Source: Desulfobacterales bacterium
GTDB taxonomy: Bacteria; Desulfobacterota; Desulfobacteria; Desulfobacterales; JAFDDL01
Length of the DNA stretch: 51,522 nucleotides
Assembly (NCBI GenBank): GCA_040235505.1
Contig: JBECKW010000034.1
Coordinates: 1-51,522 of the forward strand
Reading direction: 5' to 3'
Positions 48,370 through 51,522 of this stretch are shown here, piece by piece. The notes beneath the pieces are model-generated. The model searched no databases. It was not told where the DNA came from and worked only from the letters and a program-made list of their open reading frames with translations. Position 1 is the stretch's first letter, and each line of letters opens with the position of its first letter. Both the position numbers and the translations under genes were made by a program.

Positions 48370-51026
48370 TGCGGCTCAAGCTTCGTCATAAAATCAACGG
48401 CGCCATTCTGATAACGTTTATCGTTATCGGCCTCATTTTCGTTCCTTTTGAATTGCTGCTTCAAAGCCGGCATAGCGAATCCATTTACAAAGAAACTCAA
48501 TCGCTGCTCCAGATGGTTGTAAACCGGGAACAGGAAGTGATTGCAAGCGAGATATATCAGGGTCTTATCCGGGCTATAACCCTGCGTCTGGACCAGATTC
48601 TGGAGCAGGGGAAAATCTATCAAATCTCCGTGTACGATCGTACCGGCAGACCTCTGGTATCCAGGGGACCCCGACCGGAAACCCAGGCGCTTTCCGAAAA
48701 GGTCATGGAACGCCTTTCCACCCAGGCCGATATCCACAATCAAAATTGTAACGGTATCTTTTCCATGGTCCTCATGCAAAAGATGGAGGTTATTGGGGAG
48801 CCGGTTGGCTTTATTCGTATCTGCTACTCCCTGGAGGCTGTGAAACATCGCCAGCATGTTTCCATGATAATCCTGGGCGCCCTTCTTGCTTCCATTTTTA
48901 TCGTCATGCTGATTCTGCTGAACCTCATCATGTCCAGAACCGTTGTCAAACCGATCCTTTCCCTGAGCGAAGATATGGACCGGATGCGGGCGGGAAAAGT
49001 TCCGCAGAATATCTACCAGAAAAGCAAAGATGAAATCGGCATGCTTTCCGCAGCTTTTAACAGAATGGCCAGAGACCTGACAACCTCGTACCATGAAGTC
49101 GATCTGAAAAGAACCCAGCTGCTGGAGGCGCAAAAATATTTAAGCAATATCATCAACTCCATGCCATCGGTGCTGCTGGGTGTGGACGAAGCAATTAAAG
49201 TGACCCAGTGGAACCTTCAGGCAGAACGGATCACCGGAATCACGTTCGAAAAGGCGATTGGCAAGCCGCTCACCCATGTACTTCCCCAAATTGAAGACAA
49301 TCTTGAAATGGTTCATCAGGCACTTCAAAATCATATCGTACGGAAAGTGGAAGAAGTCCGATGGGAAATAAGCGGCAAAATCCGTTTCATGGATATTACG
49401 ATTTACCCGCTTATCACGAGCACCGGGCAGGGCGGCGTCATTCTGGTTGACGATGTCACGGACCGCATGCGAACCCAGGAGGCGCTGCGCGAAAGCCAGG
49501 AAAAATACCGTCTGGTGGTGGAAAATGCCAATGACGGCATCATCATTCTCCAGGATGGAGTGATAAAATTTGCGAATCCACAGGCCGAAGTTTTGTCCGG
49601 ATATACAGCGGCCGAATTGCCCGCTGTGCCCTTTATCAATTATGTTTCCGAGGAAGACAGAGCGCTGGTCATGAAAAACCACGCTCTCAGATTGGAAGGT
49701 GGTCCCGCCCCCCGCAATTACTCCTTTAGAATCAAAAACAAGTCCGGCAAACAACTGTGGATAAACACCAGTTCCGTTCTCATCTCTTGGAACCATCAAC
49801 CCGCCACACTGAATTTTCTGCGGGACATTACCGAACAAAAGAGAGCGGGTGAAAATCTTCTCCATGCACAGAAGCTGGAAGCCATCGGTACTCTTGCCGG
49901 CGGCATTGCGCACGATTTCAACAACCTCCTGCAGGTGATACAGGGGTATGCTCAGCTTTTGCTTTTTGATAAAAAAGACCGCACCACCTTCCAACGGGAA
50001 CTGGAATCGATAATGAATGCCGCCAGGAAGGGGGGTGAGCTTACCATGCAACTGCTGACGTTTGGCAGAAAGGTGGAAAGCCATCCAAAACCCGTCGATA
50101 TCAACCTTCAGATTGAAAAAACAGAAAAAATGCTGTCCCGGACCATTCCGAAAATGATCGAGATACAGCTTCAGTTGGCGCAAAATCTTCCCACCGTTTA
50201 TGTGGATCCGGGTCAGATAGAGCAGGTGGTGATGAACCTTGTTTTAAATGCACGGGACGCCATGCCGGAAAGGGGGAAAATCGAGATCGAGACGGAAGCC
50301 ATTGTGCTGGATGAAGAGGCTGCGAAAAACCACCTGGTCCCGAAACCCGGAGAATACGTCCGCATCAGCGTATCGGACACCGGTCAAGGAATTTCCGAAG
50401 ATCTTATGGATCATATCTTCGACCCCTTTTTTACCACAAAAAAAATGGGCGACGGCACCGGCCTCGGCCTGGCCATTGTCTATGGTATCGTAAAGAACCA
50501 CAACGGCAGCATTCAATGCTACAGCGTACCGGGCAAGGGAACCACATTCAAGCTTTATTTTCCGGCCTTCGCATCATCATCGATGCCGTCCTCTGGGGAG
50601 GATACCGCAGTCGTTGCGCCTTCCGTGGTCGGGGGAAAGGAAACCATCCTGCTGGTGGACGATGAAGAAACCCTTCGGGATATCGGAAGACAACTTCTCG
50701 AAAAATTTGGATATCAAGTGCTCACGGCATCCAATGCCGAGGAAGCCATCGAGATCTATTCAGATCAGCATGCTCAGATCCACCTGGTGATTCTGGATCT
50801 CGTAATGCCGGGAATGGGGGGGGTCAAATGCATTGACGAACTTGTTCACCTGAACCCGGAAGCAAAAATCATCATAGCGAGCGGTTATTTCGTGAACGGC
50901 GATCAGAAAGAAATGTCCAAAACGGCCAAAACCAAGGGGTTCATTAAAAAACCTTTTGTCCTGGAAGGCATGCTGCATGAGGTACGGCGGGTTCTTGACG
51001 CAGAAAATGGCGCCCTTGATCAATAA
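48366..51026 (+). CDS. Hybrid sensor kinase (TM-periplasmic-TM, HAMP, 2 PAS, HisKA, HATPase, receiver)
   Basis: DEIGMLSAAFNRM (HAMP), PAS repeats, AHDFNNLL, NLVLNARDAM, DTGQGI, GTGLGL, ILLVDDE...LDLVMPGMGG. Confidence 0.94.
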   Translation: MMRLKLRHKINGAILITFIVIGLIFVPFELLLQSRHSESIYKETQSLLQMVVNREQEVIASEIYQGLIRAITLRLDQILEQGKIYQISVYDRTGRPLVSRGPRPETQALSEKVMERLSTQADIHNQNCNGIFSMVLMQKMEVIGEPVGFIRICYSLEAVKHRQHVSMIILGALLASIFIVMLILLNLIMSRTVVKPILSLSEDMDRMRAGKVPQNIYQKSKDEIGMLSAAFNRMARDLTTSYHEVDLKRTQLLEAQKYLSNIINSMPSVLLGVDEAIKVTQWNLQAERITGITFEKAIGKPLTHVLPQIEDNLEMVHQALQNHIVRKVEEVRWEISGKIRFMDITIYPLITSTGQGGVILVDDVTDRMRTQEALRESQEKYRLVVENANDGIIILQDGVIKFANPQAEVLSGYTAAELPAVPFINYVSEEDRALVMKNHALRLEGGPAPRNYSFRIKNKSGKQLWINTSSVLISWNHQPATLNFLRDITEQKRAGENLLHAQKLEAIGTLAGGIAHDFNNLLQVIQGYAQLLLFDKKDRTTFQRELESIMNAARKGGELTMQLLTFGRKVESHPKPVDINLQIEKTEKMLSRTIPKMIEIQLQLAQNLPTVYVDPGQIEQVVMNLVLNARDAMPERGKIEIETEAIVLDEEAAKNHLVPKPGEYVRISVSDTGQGISEDLMDHIFDPFFTTKKMGDGTGLGLAIVYGIVKNHNGSIQCYSVPGKGTTFKLYFPAFASSSMPSSGEDTAVVAPSVVGGKETILLVDDEETLRDIGRQLLEKFGYQVLTASNAEEAIEIYSDQHAQIHLVILDLVMPGMGGVKCIDELVHLNPEAKIIIASGYFVNGDQKEMSKTAKTKGFIKKPFVLEGMLHEVRRVLDAENGALDQ

Positions 51027-51054
51027 ATAAGATCAATAAATCAGATCAACAGAT
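51018..51054. repeat. Short tandem repeat (13 nt unit, about 2.8 copies) overlapping the kinase stop codon
   Basis: GATCAATAAATAA GATCAATAAATCA GATCAACAGAT. Confidence 0.7.
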
Positions 51055-51068
51055 GGGGGTGTCAGAAT

Positions 51069-51093
51069 AAAAAAGCCCGGCGTATAACCGGGC
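51069..51093 (-). terminator. Rho-independent terminator of the tRNA-Ser pair
   Basis: GCCCGG/CCGGGC stem with a 6-A tract on the + strand (U tract on -), just downstream of the tRNA 3' end. Confidence 0.7.
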
Positions 51094-51104
51094 GTTTCTA
51101 ACCA

Positions 51105-51197
51105 TGGCGGAGAGAGAGGGATTCGAACCCTCGAAGCAGGTTTCCCCACTTACTCGCTTAGCAGGCGAGCGCCTTCAGCCGACTCGGCCATCTCTCC
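51105..51197 (-). tRNA. tRNA-Ser (anticodon GCT)
   Basis: Reverse complement GGAGAGATGGCCGAGTCGGCTGAAGGCGCTCGCCTGCTAAGCGAG...GGTTCGAATCCCTCTCTCTCCGCCA. Long variable arm, encoded CCA. Confidence 0.97.
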
Positions 51198-51212
51198 ATT
51201 TTTCAAATTTTC

Positions 51213-51298
51213 TGGCGGAGGGAGTAGGATTCGAACCCACGGAGCTTTCGCTCAACGGTTTTCAAGACCGCCGCCTTAAACCACTCGGCCATCCCTCC
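51213..51298 (-). tRNA. tRNA-Ser (anticodon TGA)
   Basis: Reverse complement GGAGGGATGGCCGAGTGGTTTAAGGCGGCGGTCTTGAAAACCGTT...GGTTCGAATCCTACTCCCTCCGCCA. Confidence 0.97.
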
Positions 51299-51312
51299 CG
51301 AAGCGGCCAATT

Positions 51313-51341
51313 TTGTTACCACTTATGCCATATGAGGTCAA
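51313..51341 (-). promoter_or_regulatory. Candidate promoter of the tRNA pair
   Basis: On the minus strand: TTGACC, 17 bp, TAACAA, then a GC-rich discriminator-like GGCCGC. Confidence 0.4.
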
Positions 51342-51522
51342 CACCTTATTTGACAGCCTGCTGCAGGCAATGTATGGAAGACCGGGCGTTTTCGCGTGTT
51401 GGCAACAAATAGTTTTGTCCGGTTTTGTAGCAAATAAACTGTCCGCTTTATGCAGTAGCTGGGAAGATCCCGTAGGCGGTAGGGCCGGAGGGATTTTCCC
51501 AGCGGGTCGCAAGCCACGGACT

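Noticed and set aside
46968-51105. Possible genomic island integrated at the tRNA-Ser 3' end
   Set aside because: No integrase and no duplicated tRNA 3' fragment found on the far side by eye.
51213-51298. tRNA with TGA in the anticodon loop considered as tRNA-Sec or a suppressor
   Set aside because: Anticodon TGA reads the Ser codon UCA. tRNA-Sec has anticodon TCA and a longer acceptor stem.
51104-51412. 102 aa ORF MAEREGFEPS...
   Set aside because: It is the antisense translation of the two tRNA genes.

Overview
A 51.5 kb, gene-dense, mostly core-genome stretch of a bacterium. Gene content and protein style suggest Desulfobacterota (Desulfobacterales-like); this is an inference. Left to right: the 3' part of a Hanks-type Ser/Thr kinase; a tightly packed cooC/acsF-like Ni-insertase, PrmA-like methyltransferase, sirtuin and RACo/ASKHA corrinoid-activator operon; a DUF6178-like protein, GTP-PEPCK and rdgB; recN; an orphan 7TM-GAF histidine kinase; a FmdB zinc-ribbon, Fur-FeoA fusion, PflX-like radical SAM, PPP phosphatase, SH3 and YfgM-like run; a sigma54 two-component pair divergent from an XRE gene plus pilMNOPQ; serS-thrC-LysM-TPR(pilotin-like) converging on pilQ; mobA, moaC, mltA, a PfkB kinase, PMM/PGM, an NSS symporter, a KamA/EpmB-like radical SAM, a transglutaminase-ABC module, aroC, a periplasmic binding protein plus hybrid kinase, and two tRNA-Ser genes. 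No integrase, transposase, phage gene or CRISPR array is visible. The most striking non-coding signal is that many intergenic gaps hold gene-less palindromic elements of different sequence but similar design (short tandem units mirrored across a spacer). There is also a MITE with a CTAA target duplication and a nested ~385 bp inverted-repeat structure. All calls come from motif reading by eye; no database searches were run.
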